The position numbers were made by a program, and so were the translations under genes. From an uncultured delta proteobacterium (GTDB lineage Bacteria > Desulfobacterota > Binatia > UBA9968), in the NCBI GenBank assembly GCA_963755715.1, contig CAVWLW010000058.1:1-58330 (forward strand): a DNA stretch of 58,330 nt, given 5' to 3'. This document shows, piece after piece, positions 31,211 to 41,243 of the stretch. Position 1 is the first letter of the stretch. Every line of letters begins with the position of its first letter. The notes under the pieces are model-generated. The model ran no database searches. It saw only the letters and a program-made list of their open reading frames with translations, and was not told where the DNA came from.

Positions 31211-32344
31211 ATGACGGAGCAAGGAACCCTCTCATTCAAGCAAACGGGCGATGCCACGCTTGAGGTGCAGCTCGCGGGAGCCTGGCGGTTGCGCGGCGGC
31301 CTTCCATCCGCGGCACTGGTCAAACGCGAACTTGAATCAGCCCCGAGCGTGCGACACATCGGTTTCGAAGCCCGCGCGTTGGCATCGTGGGACAGCAGCG
31401 TTCTGGCTTTTCTCGTTGAAGTCTCCGAGTTATGCCGCATCCGCGGCATCGATATGGATCGCACGACCTTGCCTTCCGGCTTGCGCAGGCTACTCGATCT
31501 GGCCGAAGCGGTGCCGGAGAAAAAAGGCGCGCGCAAAGAGACTGTGGAGACGCCTTTTCTTGAACGCATCGGCAACACCGCCATAGGCGCCGGCACGTCT
31601 CTCGGAGAGATGCTGGCGTTTCTCGGGGACATGACGCTTACCTTTGTCCGGCTCTTTCGTATGAAGGTGCGATTCCGCGCCGTGGATCTCTTTCTCTTGA
31701 TTCAACAGTCCGGCGTTCAAGCGCTCCCCATCGTCACATTGATCAGTTTTCTAGTAGGCGTGATTCTCGCGTTCGTCGGCGCGGTGCAACTCAAACAATT
31801 CGGAGCGCAAATATATGTGGCAGATCTGGTCGGTATCGCCATGATTCGCGAAATGGGCGCCATGATGACGGGTATCATCATGGCGGGCCGAACCGGCGCT
31901 GCATTTGCCGCTCAGCTTGGCACTATGAAAGTGACTCAGGAGATCGATGCCTTCACAACCATGGGTTTTTCGCCGTTGGAATTTCTTGTGCTGCCAAGGG
32001 TGATTGCGCTCGTGCTGATGATGCCTTTGCTTTGTCTTTATGCGGATTTCGTCGGCGTCCTTGGCGGCGCCGCGATCGGTGTGGGTATGTTGGATCTTTC
32101 CTGGACCACGTATTTTCGCGAGACCTCGAACGCTATCGACCTGGCGGACGTTTTTGGGGGGGTGTTCAAAAGTTCAGTCTACGGTGTGCTGATCGCCCTT
32201 GCGGGTTGCTTGCGTGGCATTCAATGCGGCAACAGCTCCTCCGCCGTCGGCGATGCGGCGACTTCCGCCGTGGTGACGGGAATTGTTGCCATCGTGATGG
32301 CGTGCGGCATTTTTGCCGTCGTGTTCTACGTCCTCGGGATTTAA
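31211..32344 (+). CDS. mlaE: MlaE-family lipid ABC permease with an N-terminal STAS domain
   Basis: WDSSVLAFL (STAS), REMGAMMTGIIMAGRTGAAFAAQLGTMKV..EIDA, VG.A.TSAVV. Confidence 0.9.
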   Translation: MTEQGTLSFKQTGDATLEVQLAGAWRLRGGLPSAALVKRELESAPSVRHIGFEARALASWDSSVLAFLVEVSELCRIRGIDMDRTTLPSGLRRLLDLAEAVPEKKGARKETVETPFLERIGNTAIGAGTSLGEMLAFLGDMTLTFVRLFRMKVRFRAVDLFLLIQQSGVQALPIVTLISFLVGVILAFVGAVQLKQFGAQIYVADLVGIAMIREMGAMMTGIIMAGRTGAAFAAQLGTMKVTQEIDAFTTMGFSPLEFLVLPRVIALVLMMPLLCLYADFVGVLGGAAIGVGMLDLSWTTYFRETSNAIDLADVFGGVFKSSVYGVLIALAGCLRGIQCGNSSSAVGDAATSAVVTGIVAIVMACGIFAVVFYVLGI

Positions 32345-32417
32345 GAATTTCCCTCTCCGGAGAAATCCCCATAAGGGGAGAAACAAAAAGGAAACCCCGT
32401 AAGTAGGCTTGATCTAT

Positions 32418-33203
32418 ATGTCAGACGGGCTCGGCAACGGAAATGGAGCGAAGGCCCACATCACTGTGAGCAATCTCACAATGGCGTACGGCAGTTTTGT
32501 ATTGATGCACGATTTAAATTTTACCATCAACCACGGCGATGTGTTCATCATCATGGGTGGAAGCGGCTCCGGCAAGAGCACCTTGCTCAGACATCTCATC
32601 GGTCTGAACGAACCGGCGCAGGGAAACATTTTCTACGGCGACGAAAACTTCACCAAGGCGGATCCGGCCAAAAGGCAGGAGATCGTTAGGCGTACGGGTG
32701 TGCTATTTCAGAGCGGCGCGCTGTGGAGCTCGATGACGCTGGCGGAAAACGTGGGCTTGCCGCTGGGAGAATACACCGACTTGAGTCCGGCGGAAACAAA
32801 CGAGATCGCCTCGCTCAAGCTGGCCTTGGTCGGGTTGAAAGGCTTCGAGGATTATTACCCGGCGCAAATTAGCGGCGGCATGCAGAAGCGCGCCGGGCTG
32901 GCGCGGGCCATGGCTCTGGATCCGGAAATCCTGTTTTTCGACGAACCGTCGGCTGGCCTCGATCCGATCAGCTCGCGCTTGCTCGACGATCTTATCCTGG
33001 AGCTGCGCGACAGCCTCGGCGCCACAGTCGTGGTAGTCACCCATGAGCTGGCGAGCATCTTTACCATCGGCAACAACAGCGTGTTTCTCGACGCGGAAAC
33101 GCGGACCATGATCGCCGGCGGCGACCCCAAGGAGCTTCTGGCCCATTCGCAGAATCCTACGGTGCGCCGTTTCCTCACCCGCGGAGCAGAGAAAAATGTA
33201 TGA
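32418..33203 (+). CDS. mlaF: MlaF/Mkl-family ABC ATPase
   Basis: Walker A GGSGSGKST, ISGGMQKRAGLARA, FFDEPSAGLDP. Confidence 0.92.
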   Translation: MSDGLGNGNGAKAHITVSNLTMAYGSFVLMHDLNFTINHGDVFIIMGGSGSGKSTLLRHLIGLNEPAQGNIFYGDENFTKADPAKRQEIVRRTGVLFQSGALWSSMTLAENVGLPLGEYTDLSPAETNEIASLKLALVGLKGFEDYYPAQISGGMQKRAGLARAMALDPEILFFDEPSAGLDPISSRLLDDLILELRDSLGATVVVVTHELASIFTIGNNSVFLDAETRTMIAGGDPKELLAHSQNPTVRRFLTRGAEKNV

Positions 33204-34201
33204 GTAAAAAGATCAGCCCAACACTTATCGGCAGCTTTGTCCTCGGCGCTCTCGCCTTATTGGTCATCGCAGTGATCGCCTTTGGCTCTGGTAAGTTGTT
33301 CCGCCAGACAAAAGAATTCGTGGCTTACTTCGACGGCAACGTCAACGGCCTCCATATCGGCGCGCCGGTGAAGTTTAGAGGCGTCGAAATCGGCTCGGTC
33401 AAAAATATTCTGCTTCAGCTCGACCAGAGCATGGAAGTCCGGAGTATTCCCGTGCTTTTTGAAATCGATTTGGAAAAAATCACCAGCAGGGGAGCCACTG
33501 CGACGCTTGTGGAGGATCCCACCGCAGTGAAGACTGCCATCGATCGAGGACTTCGGGCGCAACTTCAAACCGAAAGCCTGCTAACAGGCGTGCTTTATGT
33601 TGGCATCGATTTCTTTCCCGGAACCCCTGTCAAGCTCGGCCAAGCTGCTCGATCTAAATATCCGGAAATCCCCACCGTCCCCACAGCTCTCGAAAGAGCC
33701 GAGGTTACAACCGGCGAAATCCTCGCCAAACTACGCGAGGTTGATTTCAAAGGAATGACGGATGCCGTTTCACGAGCCGTGGACGGGGTCGGTCAGTTGG
33801 TGAACTCACCGGCGCTGAAATCCGCTCTGCAGAGACTCGATCAGACCATGCCGAAGATTGACCAAGCGATAGTTGAGATTCGCAAAATGACCAGCAATCT
33901 CGACGGCAATATTACAACTCTGTCAACAAATCTTGAGCAGACTTCAGACGCGGCTCGCGGAGCGATGCAGCAAGCCGCCCTAACCCTGAAGCAAACGGAC
34001 GCGGCTCTCAAGGAAGCCGAGGCGGCAATGATCAATATCCGCGGTATCAGCGATCCCGACTCTGTCACCTTTTACGAGCTTGGCAGAAGCCTTCGAGAAG
34101 TCTCCGCCGCAGCGCGATCCCTGCGCCTGCTGTCAGATTCTGTTCAACGAAACCCCAGGTCTCTGATCTTCGGTAGACCGGAGATGGAGGAGGGGAAATG
34201 A
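33200..34201 (+). CDS. mlaD: MlaD/MCE (PqiB-like) protein
   Basis: N-terminal TM, GLHIGAPVKFRGVEIGSV, GLRAQL...SLLTG, a long coiled coil, and RNPRSLIFG. Confidence 0.9.
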   Translation: MSKKISPTLIGSFVLGALALLVIAVIAFGSGKLFRQTKEFVAYFDGNVNGLHIGAPVKFRGVEIGSVKNILLQLDQSMEVRSIPVLFEIDLEKITSRGATATLVEDPTAVKTAIDRGLRAQLQTESLLTGVLYVGIDFFPGTPVKLGQAARSKYPEIPTVPTALERAEVTTGEILAKLREVDFKGMTDAVSRAVDGVGQLVNSPALKSALQRLDQTMPKIDQAIVEIRKMTSNLDGNITTLSTNLEQTSDAARGAMQQAALTLKQTDAALKEAEAAMINIRGISDPDSVTFYELGRSLREVSAAARSLRLLSDSVQRNPRSLIFGRPEMEEGK

Positions 34202-34827
34202 ATCGCTCGATCAACTCAATATTCCGGATTGCAGTCGTGGGTCTGTCACTGGCGGGGTGTGGCACTTTCTCGCCAAGGCCCGATCCCTCGAGATTCTTCA
34301 CGCTATCTTCGCTGCCGCAGGTGGCACAAGCTTCACTGAAAAACTCAACCGGGCTGGAAAAGATGTTTCTCGGGATTGGCCCGGTCAAGTTTCCCGGCTA
34401 TCTCGATCGACAAGAAATAGTCGTCCGAAGCACACAGAATCGGTTGGAAGTTTCTGAAACCGACCGGTGGGCGGAACCGCTACAAGAAAATTTTTCCCGG
34501 GTTTTATCGGAAAATCTTGCGCTGCTTCTGAACACGGATCTGATCATAGTTTACCCGTGGTCACCCGCCAATCGGCCGCGGTACTACGTCGAAATCGAGG
34601 TGTTACGTTTCGAGGCCAACCGCGAACGCGACGGCCAATTGTTTGCGCGCTGGTCTGTTCTGGATGGCGCAGATAAGAAAGTGGCTGTTGTCAAAGAGTC
34701 ACGCGTTATTCGCAATGCCCAAGAAAAATCGACCGATGGTTCGATGGCCGCGCTGAGTGAAGCTGTCGGAGATCTGAGTCGGGAGATTGCTAACGCTGTC
34801 AGCGCGATTGACGGACAGAGAAAATGA
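34198..34827 (+). CDS. pqiC: PqiC-family ABC auxiliary lipoprotein
   Basis: Lipobox LAGC, GIGPV.FPGYLDR..IV, RWAEPL. Confidence 0.88.
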   Translation: MNRSINSIFRIAVVGLSLAGCGTFSPRPDPSRFFTLSSLPQVAQASLKNSTGLEKMFLGIGPVKFPGYLDRQEIVVRSTQNRLEVSETDRWAEPLQENFSRVLSENLALLLNTDLIIVYPWSPANRPRYYVEIEVLRFEANRERDGQLFARWSVLDGADKKVAVVKESRVIRNAQEKSTDGSMAALSEAVGDLSREIANAVSAIDGQRK

Positions 34828-34920
34828 GAAGAAGGGGCCATGCCAGCGCTCGGCTTGAAGGGAAGAGTAGTCATCGTGCGGCGTGAGTCGATGCTCAAAC
34901 TTTGAGTAGGAGATCTAAGG

Positions 34921-35379
34921 ATGATGTTTTTTGCCTTTCTCATTGGATTCTTCGCCGGGTTGCGCTCGTTGGCCGCTCCCGCGATGACGGCATGGGCTGT
35001 GTACTTGGGCTGGTTGAAACTCGAGCGCCCGCTGTCTCTCATCGGCTCGCTGCCCGCCGTCGCTATTTTTACGTTGCTCGCGGTCGTCGAACTGGTGGCT
35101 GATAAACTGCCGCAGACCCCGAGCCGCACAGCGCCGCCGGGGCTGATCGCGCGCATCGTGATGGGTGGGTTAGCCGGTGCATGCGTTGCCGCCGGCGGAG
35201 CGCAAGAAATTTTTATTGGCGCGCTGCTTGGCGCCGTCGGCGGTGTTGTGGGCTGTTTCGGAGGATACCAGGCGCGAACGCGGCTCGTGAAAGCGTTGGC
35301 TACGCGGGACATCTATGTTGCGCTGCTTGAGGATTTGGTCGCGGTCGGCGGCAGCCTCTGGGTGCTTTTGCAAGTCTAA
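34921..35379 (+). CDS. DUF4126-like membrane protein
   Basis: IG..AGLRS..APA, ELVADKLPQTPSRTAPPGL.AR, ALLEDLVA. Confidence 0.75.
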   Translation: MMFFAFLIGFFAGLRSLAAPAMTAWAVYLGWLKLERPLSLIGSLPAVAIFTLLAVVELVADKLPQTPSRTAPPGLIARIVMGGLAGACVAAGGAQEIFIGALLGAVGGVVGCFGGYQARTRLVKALATRDIYVALLEDLVAVGGSLWVLLQV

Positions 35380-35533
35380 GCTTCGGGCTGGGCGCCTCGC
35401 TTTGTCCTACAAGTCGATCCGATGCGTGAGCTATAAGCCTACCCCTCGTTTTTTCTGCTTCTCCTTTTCGACGGCATGATGATGTAGTGTCACCTAATAA
35501 ATCTTCACATTCTTACGTCCATGAATTCGTAGT

Positions 35534-35562
35534 TTGACAGATACCAGGCGCTGAAGTATCCA
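35534..35562 (+). promoter_or_regulatory. Sigma70-type promoter at the start of block B
   Basis: TTGACA-17 bp-TATCCA, followed by a GAGG RBS and ATG 35587. Confidence 0.6.
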
Positions 35563-35586
35563 ACGATAACAAAGCGAGGTTATTGT

Positions 35587-36616
35587 ATGCTGAGGATCGA
35601 CGCCGACGCGCATGTTTTAGAAACCGAAAAAACCTGGGAATACATGGAAGGTGACGATCGGAAATTTCGCCCTCAGGTCGTTATTTCCACCGATCGTTCG
35701 CCGAATGACGAGTATTGGCTGGTCGATGGCACGCTTCGACTCAAATCCCGCAACGTCGGCAAAAACACGCCCATGGAATCGCGCGAGTTGCGCGATCCGA
35801 GTGCGCGCTTGAAACACATGGACGAGCTCGGTGTCGATGTTCAGGTGATTTTTCCGACGATGTTTATCATTCCGCTGACGGCGCGGCCCGAGATCGAGCT
35901 GGCCTTATGCCGCAGCTATAACCGCTGGATGGCGGATATCTGGAAACAGGCGAAGGAGCGCCTGCGTTGGGCCGCTGTGTTGCCGCTGTTCAGCATGGAC
36001 AAGAGTGTTCGAGGAAGCAAAGTTCGCCAAAGAGAACGGCGCCTGCGGTATTTTCCTGCGCGGCTCGGAGTGCGAAAGACTTCTAAGCGATAGTTATTTC
36101 TTTCCGCTCTACGACGCCGCCAGCCGCTTGGATTTGCCGATTTGCATCCACTCGGGCACCGGGAGCTCCGGGTTGTACGATTATTTTCGCTACGAAACCA
36201 TCGGCTTTTCGAAATTCAAATTGGTGATCGTCGGCGCGTTCCACAACATGATCATGGATGGAATTCCGGAGCGCTTTCCCAAGCTCAAGGTCGCTTTTCT
36301 CGAAGCCGGCGCGCAGTGGCTGCCTTACGTGCTGAACGATCTGGGTAAACGCTACAAGCTGCAAGGTCGAGAGCTAAATGCGAAAGAGCTGCTGCAGCAA
36401 AGTCGATTTTACGTCGGCTGCGAGACGAGCGACGACCTCCCGTACATCATGGAAATCGCCGGGGAAGACAACTTAGTCGTCGGCACTGATTACGGCCACG
36501 CCGACAGCGCGTCCGAGCTCAGAGCTCTCGACGGCGTCCTGCAAAACTCTAGGTTAAGTTCATCCGTCGCCAATAAAATCGTCGGCGCCAACGCCAAGGC
36601 GCTCTACAGCTTATGA
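35587..36616 (+). CDS. Amidohydro_2 family amidohydrolase/decarboxylase (frameshift near 36005)
   Basis: IDADAHVLE, RLKHMDELGVDVQVIFPT, ICIHSG, FLEAGAQW, VGTDYGHAD. Confidence 0.88.
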
Positions 36617-36670
36617 TGGTTTTCAACGAAAGTGCATGAGCCCTTTCCACGTGCTTGTTAGATATTTCCC

Positions 36671-37498
36671 ATGAAGCTTCTTATTACCGGCGGAGCCGGC
36701 AAAGTCGGCCAAGCGATCGTTCGCGAGCTGCTGAATAGCGCCGCTTACGAAATCACCGTCCTCGATCGCACACCCGGGCCGGAGCGCGGCCCGGTCAACT
36801 ATTTGGTTGGCGACATCCAGGATCTCGGTCAAGTCATGGAAGCTATGGCGGGCGCCGAAGCGGTCATTCATCTCGCCGCGATCCATAACCCGAACATCGC
36901 TCCGACCACGGTGACTTATCAAACCAACGTCGTCGGCACGTTCAACGTCCACCACGCCGCTTTCCGTCTCGGCGTCAAGCGGGTCGTCTCGGCGAGCAGC
37001 AATGCCATCGTCGGCTGGAGCTACAGCGAGCGCTTCATGCCCGACTATCTGCCGATCGATGAAGATCATCCGCTGCGGCCCGAAGACGTCTACGGTCTAT
37101 CCAAAGAGATCGGCGAAACCATCGCGCGCTCCTACGCACGCAAGGGTCTGGAAACCGTGATGCTGCGGCCGAGCGGTGTGGTCACTCCTGAAGAGCTCGA
37201 AAAGATCAAAAAAGACGGCGGGCGCAAGCCAACGGGTTTTTATGCGTACAGTTATATCGACGCGCGCGATCTGGCCATTGCTTTTCGCTTGGCCGTCGAG
37301 CGCCCGATTCCGAGCGGTACTATTTTATTTGTCGTCGCCGACGACAGCACGGTGGCTGAACCGCTCTGCGATCTATATCCGCGCGTCATGCCCAGCATCG
37401 GCGACAAAGCGCGCAATCTAACCGGCAGCAAAGGCTCGTACGCCAACGCCCGCGCAAAGAAATTGCTCGGCTGGCAGCCGGTTCATTCTTGGCGGTAA
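36671..37498 (+). CDS. NAD-dependent epimerase/dehydratase family oxidoreductase
   Basis: ITGGAGKVG, IHLAA, YGLSK. Confidence 0.9.
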   Translation: MKLLITGGAGKVGQAIVRELLNSAAYEITVLDRTPGPERGPVNYLVGDIQDLGQVMEAMAGAEAVIHLAAIHNPNIAPTTVTYQTNVVGTFNVHHAAFRLGVKRVVSASSNAIVGWSYSERFMPDYLPIDEDHPLRPEDVYGLSKEIGETIARSYARKGLETVMLRPSGVVTPEELEKIKKDGGRKPTGFYAYSYIDARDLAIAFRLAVERPIPSGTILFVVADDSTVAEPLCDLYPRVMPSIGDKARNLTGSKGSYANARAKKLLGWQPVHSWR

Positions 37499-37511
37499 AG
37501 GATCAGCTGAT

Positions 37512-38363
37512 ATGCGACGTTTCGAGCTAGCGGAGCCAAGCAGTCTCCAAGAGGCTTGCGCGCTTCTAAGTGACAACGCGGAAGCTAAGGTTATCGCCGG
37601 CGGTACGGCGCTTTTGACTTTGATCAAGCACGGCATCTTCGTTCCCAAGACGCTCGTCAATCTAAAAAAAATCAACGCCGCGAGCGATATCAGCTATGAC
37701 GCGCAAACAGGATTGCGTGTCGGCGCGCTGGCGGCGATCTACGATATCGAGGCATCGCCGTTGGTGCGGCAACATTATCCGGTGTTGGCCGAAGCGTGCC
37801 ATGTGGTGGCGAATATCCGCATTCGCAACATGGCCACCATCGGCGGCAATCTGGCGCACGGCGATTATCAATCCGATCCGCCCACAGTGCTGGTGGCGCT
37901 AAACGCCGTCGTCGAACTATTGAGCCGTGCCGGAACCCGGCAGATGAAATTGTCCGATTTTTTGAAAGGCAGTTACGAGACTGCGCTGGAGCCGGGTGAG
38001 TTGGTTTCAGCGCTGATCGTCCCGCCGGCTGAATCTCTAAGTGGAACTTACACCAAGTTTACCACCGGTTCTTCCGAGGAGCGGCCGTGCGTCGGGGTTG
38101 CCGCATTGACGACCATGGAAAGCGGCATTTGTGCTGAACTTCGCCTTGTCGTCGGCGCGGTATCGCCGAAACCGGTGCGTTTAGAAAAAGCCGAATCGAT
38201 GGCGCGCGGAGAGAAACTCACATCTGAGTTGATCGAGCGGATCGCCTCGGACGCGAGTTCTAGCGTCGAGCCGATCGACGACTTGCGTGGGACTGTCGAC
38301 TACAAGCGCCACTTGGTCCATGTGCTGGTGCGCCGGGCGCTCGGCGCTGCGGCGCAACATTAA
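37512..38363 (+). CDS. Xanthine dehydrogenase family FAD-binding subunit (CoxM-like)
   Basis: IAGGTAL, IRNMATIGGN, DDLRGTVDYKRHL. Confidence 0.92.
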   Translation: MRRFELAEPSSLQEACALLSDNAEAKVIAGGTALLTLIKHGIFVPKTLVNLKKINAASDISYDAQTGLRVGALAAIYDIEASPLVRQHYPVLAEACHVVANIRIRNMATIGGNLAHGDYQSDPPTVLVALNAVVELLSRAGTRQMKLSDFLKGSYETALEPGELVSALIVPPAESLSGTYTKFTTGSSEERPCVGVAALTTMESGICAELRLVVGAVSPKPVRLEKAESMARGEKLTSELIERIASDASSSVEPIDDLRGTVDYKRHLVHVLVRRALGAAAQH

Positions 38364-38379
38364 GAAGGGAACCATAAAG

Positions 38380-40698
38380 ATGTCTCTGGTCGGTACAAAT
38401 GTCACGATGGTGGGCGGGTTGGCCAAGGTCACCGGAGCGATTAACTATGCCCCCGACCTTGTTCTGCCGCAGATGCTTTACGCGAAGGCGCTGCGAAGCC
38501 CGTTCCCGCACGCGAAACTTCTGCGCGTCGACGCAAGCAAGGCGGAAAAACTCTCCGGTGTCGTAGCCGTTGTCACGCGCGATGACTTGGCCGGTTTGAA
38601 TCCTTATTTCGGGCCCGTTGTCGATGATCAACCCGTCGTCGCTACGGATCGAGTGCGTCACGTCGGTGAAGTTGTCGCGCTCGTAGCGGCGAAGAGCCGG
38701 GAGATTGCGGAAGAGGCTTTGGATCTGATCGAAGTCGATTACGAAGAGTTGCCGGCGGTCTTCGATCTTCTCGAAGCCGCCAAGCCCGGCGCGCCGGTGC
38801 TGCATGCGCAGCGCAACGAGACCAACGCGGGCGTGCACCGCGAGGAATTCAATTTCGAGTTGGGCGGCAACGTTTGCAGTGTGTTTCGGGTGGAAGACGG
38901 GAACATCGAAAAAGGATTTCAAGAAGCGGAAGAGATCTTTGAAAATACTTACACGCTACCGCCGGTACAGCACGGCCACATAGAACCCCATGCCGCCACT
39001 GCCTACTGGGAGCCGGGCGGCAAGTTGGTGGTTCATTCCGCTTCGCAAAACCCCTCCGGCGTGCAAGAGCAACTGGCGCAGATCTTTAAATTGCCGGAAA
39101 ATCAGGTGCGTGTAATCGTTTCACCTCTCGGCGGCGGTTACGGCGGCAAGACCCATGCGCGGCTGGAGCCGCCGCTTGCATTGCTCGCGCGCAAAGCGCG
39201 CCGTCCGGTGCAGTGGGTGTTGACGCGCGACGAGGTCTTTCTCACCGGCAGACGGTACGGCGCGGTGGTGAAAATAAAAACCGGCGTCAAACGAGACGGC
39301 ACCATCGTTGCGCGCAAAGTCGAGTCTTTTTATGAAATAGGCGCCTACGCGCTCAATGGGCCGGTCAACGCTAAAACCGGCTGTTATGTATCGAGCGGGC
39401 CTTACAATATTCCCAACCGAAGTTTGTCGACCTATTCCGTCTACACCAATTTGCCGCCGACCGGTCCGTTTCGCGGCGTCGGCGTTTCGCACGTTTGTTG
39501 GGCTTATGAGTCGGAGATGGACGATATCGCGCGCCGGCTCGGCATCGATCCTTTCGAATTGCGTCTGCGACACCTTGTGAAAGAGGGGGATGTATTCGTC
39601 ACCGGCGAAAAGCTGGTTTCCGTAGGCATCACCGAATGCTTGGAACGCACGGCTCGAGCTATCGGGTGGAACGGCAAGGAAGAACAGTCGGCGCCGCCGG
39701 CCGGACAAAACGTGGTCCGCGGCAAAGGGCTTGCGGTCACCATTAAAAGCACGACCACGCCGACCACTTCGTCGGCGAACGTGCGTCTTAACGCCGATGG
39801 TTCGGCGATTCTTCTCACCAGCAGCGTCGACATGGGTCAAGGGGCGTTGACTTCGCTGGCGCAAATCGTCGGCGACGAGTTGGGATTGGCTTTTGAAAAA
39901 GTTTCCGTGAGCTTCCCGGACACCGATCTTACGCCCTACGATAAGTCGTCGAGCTCGAGCCGCACGACCTTTCATATGGGCCAAGCGGCGCAGAAGGCGG
40001 CCCGCGAGATCAGAAACCAGTTGCTCGAAGTCGGCGCGAAGAAACTCGAAGCGCGGATCGAGGATTTGGAATTGCGCGATGGCGCTGTGTGGGTGCGCGG
40101 CGTGCCCGATAAACGGTTATCGATCACGGAGATCTTCAAGGCACGCTTTGGATCGTCCGTGGGCAGCATGTTCGGCGGCCATTGTTTTAAGACCGAAGGC
40201 GGGTTGAACCCGAAGACCGGAAAGGGAAAGGCCGCGGCATTCTGGTTCTTCTCGGCTTGCGGCGTTGAAGTTGAAGTCGACAGGGAGACTGGCAAAGTGC
40301 GGGTTTTACGCATCGTGGCAACGGCGGACGCGGGCAAGGCGATTCATCCCAAACAATGTGAATTGCAAAACGAAGGTTCGATGTTGTCCGGTATGGGCTC
40401 GGCGCTTTTTGAAGAGATGGTTTATGACAACGGCCAGCCGATCAACAGCAGTTTTTTAGAGTACATGCTGCCGTCCATGGAAGATCATCCGTTGGACTTT
40501 CAATCCATCACAGTCGAAACGCCCCACCCCGAAGGCCCCTTTGGCGCCAAAGGTATGGGCGAAGCGGCGTTGCCGCCGGTGGCGCCGGCCATCGGCAATG
40601 CCATTGCCAATGCGCTCGGCGGGATTCGCATAAGAGATTTGCCGATAAAGCCGGACAAGATTATCGCTATGCTCAATGCCGGCAAAGAGGGGAGTTAA
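38380..40698 (+). CDS. Xanthine dehydrogenase family molybdopterin-binding subunit
   Basis: KVTG...Y..D, LRSPFPHA, GGGYGGK, GPFRGVG, DMGQG and AKGMGE (catalytic Glu). Confidence 0.93.
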   Translation: MSLVGTNVTMVGGLAKVTGAINYAPDLVLPQMLYAKALRSPFPHAKLLRVDASKAEKLSGVVAVVTRDDLAGLNPYFGPVVDDQPVVATDRVRHVGEVVALVAAKSREIAEEALDLIEVDYEELPAVFDLLEAAKPGAPVLHAQRNETNAGVHREEFNFELGGNVCSVFRVEDGNIEKGFQEAEEIFENTYTLPPVQHGHIEPHAATAYWEPGGKLVVHSASQNPSGVQEQLAQIFKLPENQVRVIVSPLGGGYGGKTHARLEPPLALLARKARRPVQWVLTRDEVFLTGRRYGAVVKIKTGVKRDGTIVARKVESFYEIGAYALNGPVNAKTGCYVSSGPYNIPNRSLSTYSVYTNLPPTGPFRGVGVSHVCWAYESEMDDIARRLGIDPFELRLRHLVKEGDVFVTGEKLVSVGITECLERTARAIGWNGKEEQSAPPAGQNVVRGKGLAVTIKSTTTPTTSSANVRLNADGSAILLTSSVDMGQGALTSLAQIVGDELGLAFEKVSVSFPDTDLTPYDKSSSSSRTTFHMGQAAQKAAREIRNQLLEVGAKKLEARIEDLELRDGAVWVRGVPDKRLSITEIFKARFGSSVGSMFGGHCFKTEGGLNPKTGKGKAAAFWFFSACGVEVEVDRETGKVRVLRIVATADAGKAIHPKQCELQNEGSMLSGMGSALFEEMVYDNGQPINSSFLEYMLPSMEDHPLDFQSITVETPHPEGPFGAKGMGEAALPPVAPAIGNAIANALGGIRIRDLPIKPDKIIAMLNAGKEGS

Positions 40699-40699
40699 A

Positions 40700-41161
40700 T
40701 TGCCAATCACCATTTCAACGACGATTAACGGAACGCAACAAGAACTAACGGTTAGGTCGAATGAGACCCTGTTGGAATGCTTGCGCGACGATCTCTCGCT
40801 CAAGGGCTCCGTCGAAGGCTGCGGCGTGGGTGTCTGCGGCTCTTGCACCGTATTGGTCGATGGACGGCCCGTGAGTTCTTGTCTCATGCTTGCCACAAAC
40901 GCCGAGGGTAGAAACATAATCACCATCGAAGGTCTGTCCCACGACGGCGAGCTCGATCCGGTGCAACAGGCATTTCTCAAACATCAGGCTTTTCAATGCG
41001 GCTATTGTACGCCCGGTATGATCATGGCCGTGAAGGGGTTGCTTGCGAGTTATCCTCACCCGACGGAAGAACAGACGCGCGATTATCTATCGGGGAACCT
41101 GTGCCGCTGCGGCACTTATACCGAGGTTCTCGCTGCAGTCAAGGAATTGGCGCGAGAATAG
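40700..41161 (+). CDS. Xanthine dehydrogenase family 2x[2Fe-2S] subunit (CoxS-like)
   Basis: GCGVGVCGSCT...SC and QCGYCTPG...NLCRCG; TTG start just after the Mo-subunit stop. Confidence 0.92.
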   Translation: MPITISTTINGTQQELTVRSNETLLECLRDDLSLKGSVEGCGVGVCGSCTVLVDGRPVSSCLMLATNAEGRNIITIEGLSHDGELDPVQQAFLKHQAFQCGYCTPGMIMAVKGLLASYPHPTEEQTRDYLSGNLCRCGTYTEVLAAVKELARE

Positions 41162-41243
41162 AATTCACAGAGATCGGATGATTGAATGCCGAGCGTTTTG
41201 CGAGCGAGGGCGCCGCTTGGCAGAAAATTGAAAGGAGTCGGCC

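Noticed and set aside
31211-34827. MlaE-F-D-PqiC operon as a novel system
   Set aside because: This is a known MCE transporter architecture.
37512-41161. Aerobic CO dehydrogenase (coxMSL)
   Set aside because: The active-site loop is GPFRGVG, not AYxCSFR or AYRGAGR. The order is M-L-S and there are no cox accessory genes.
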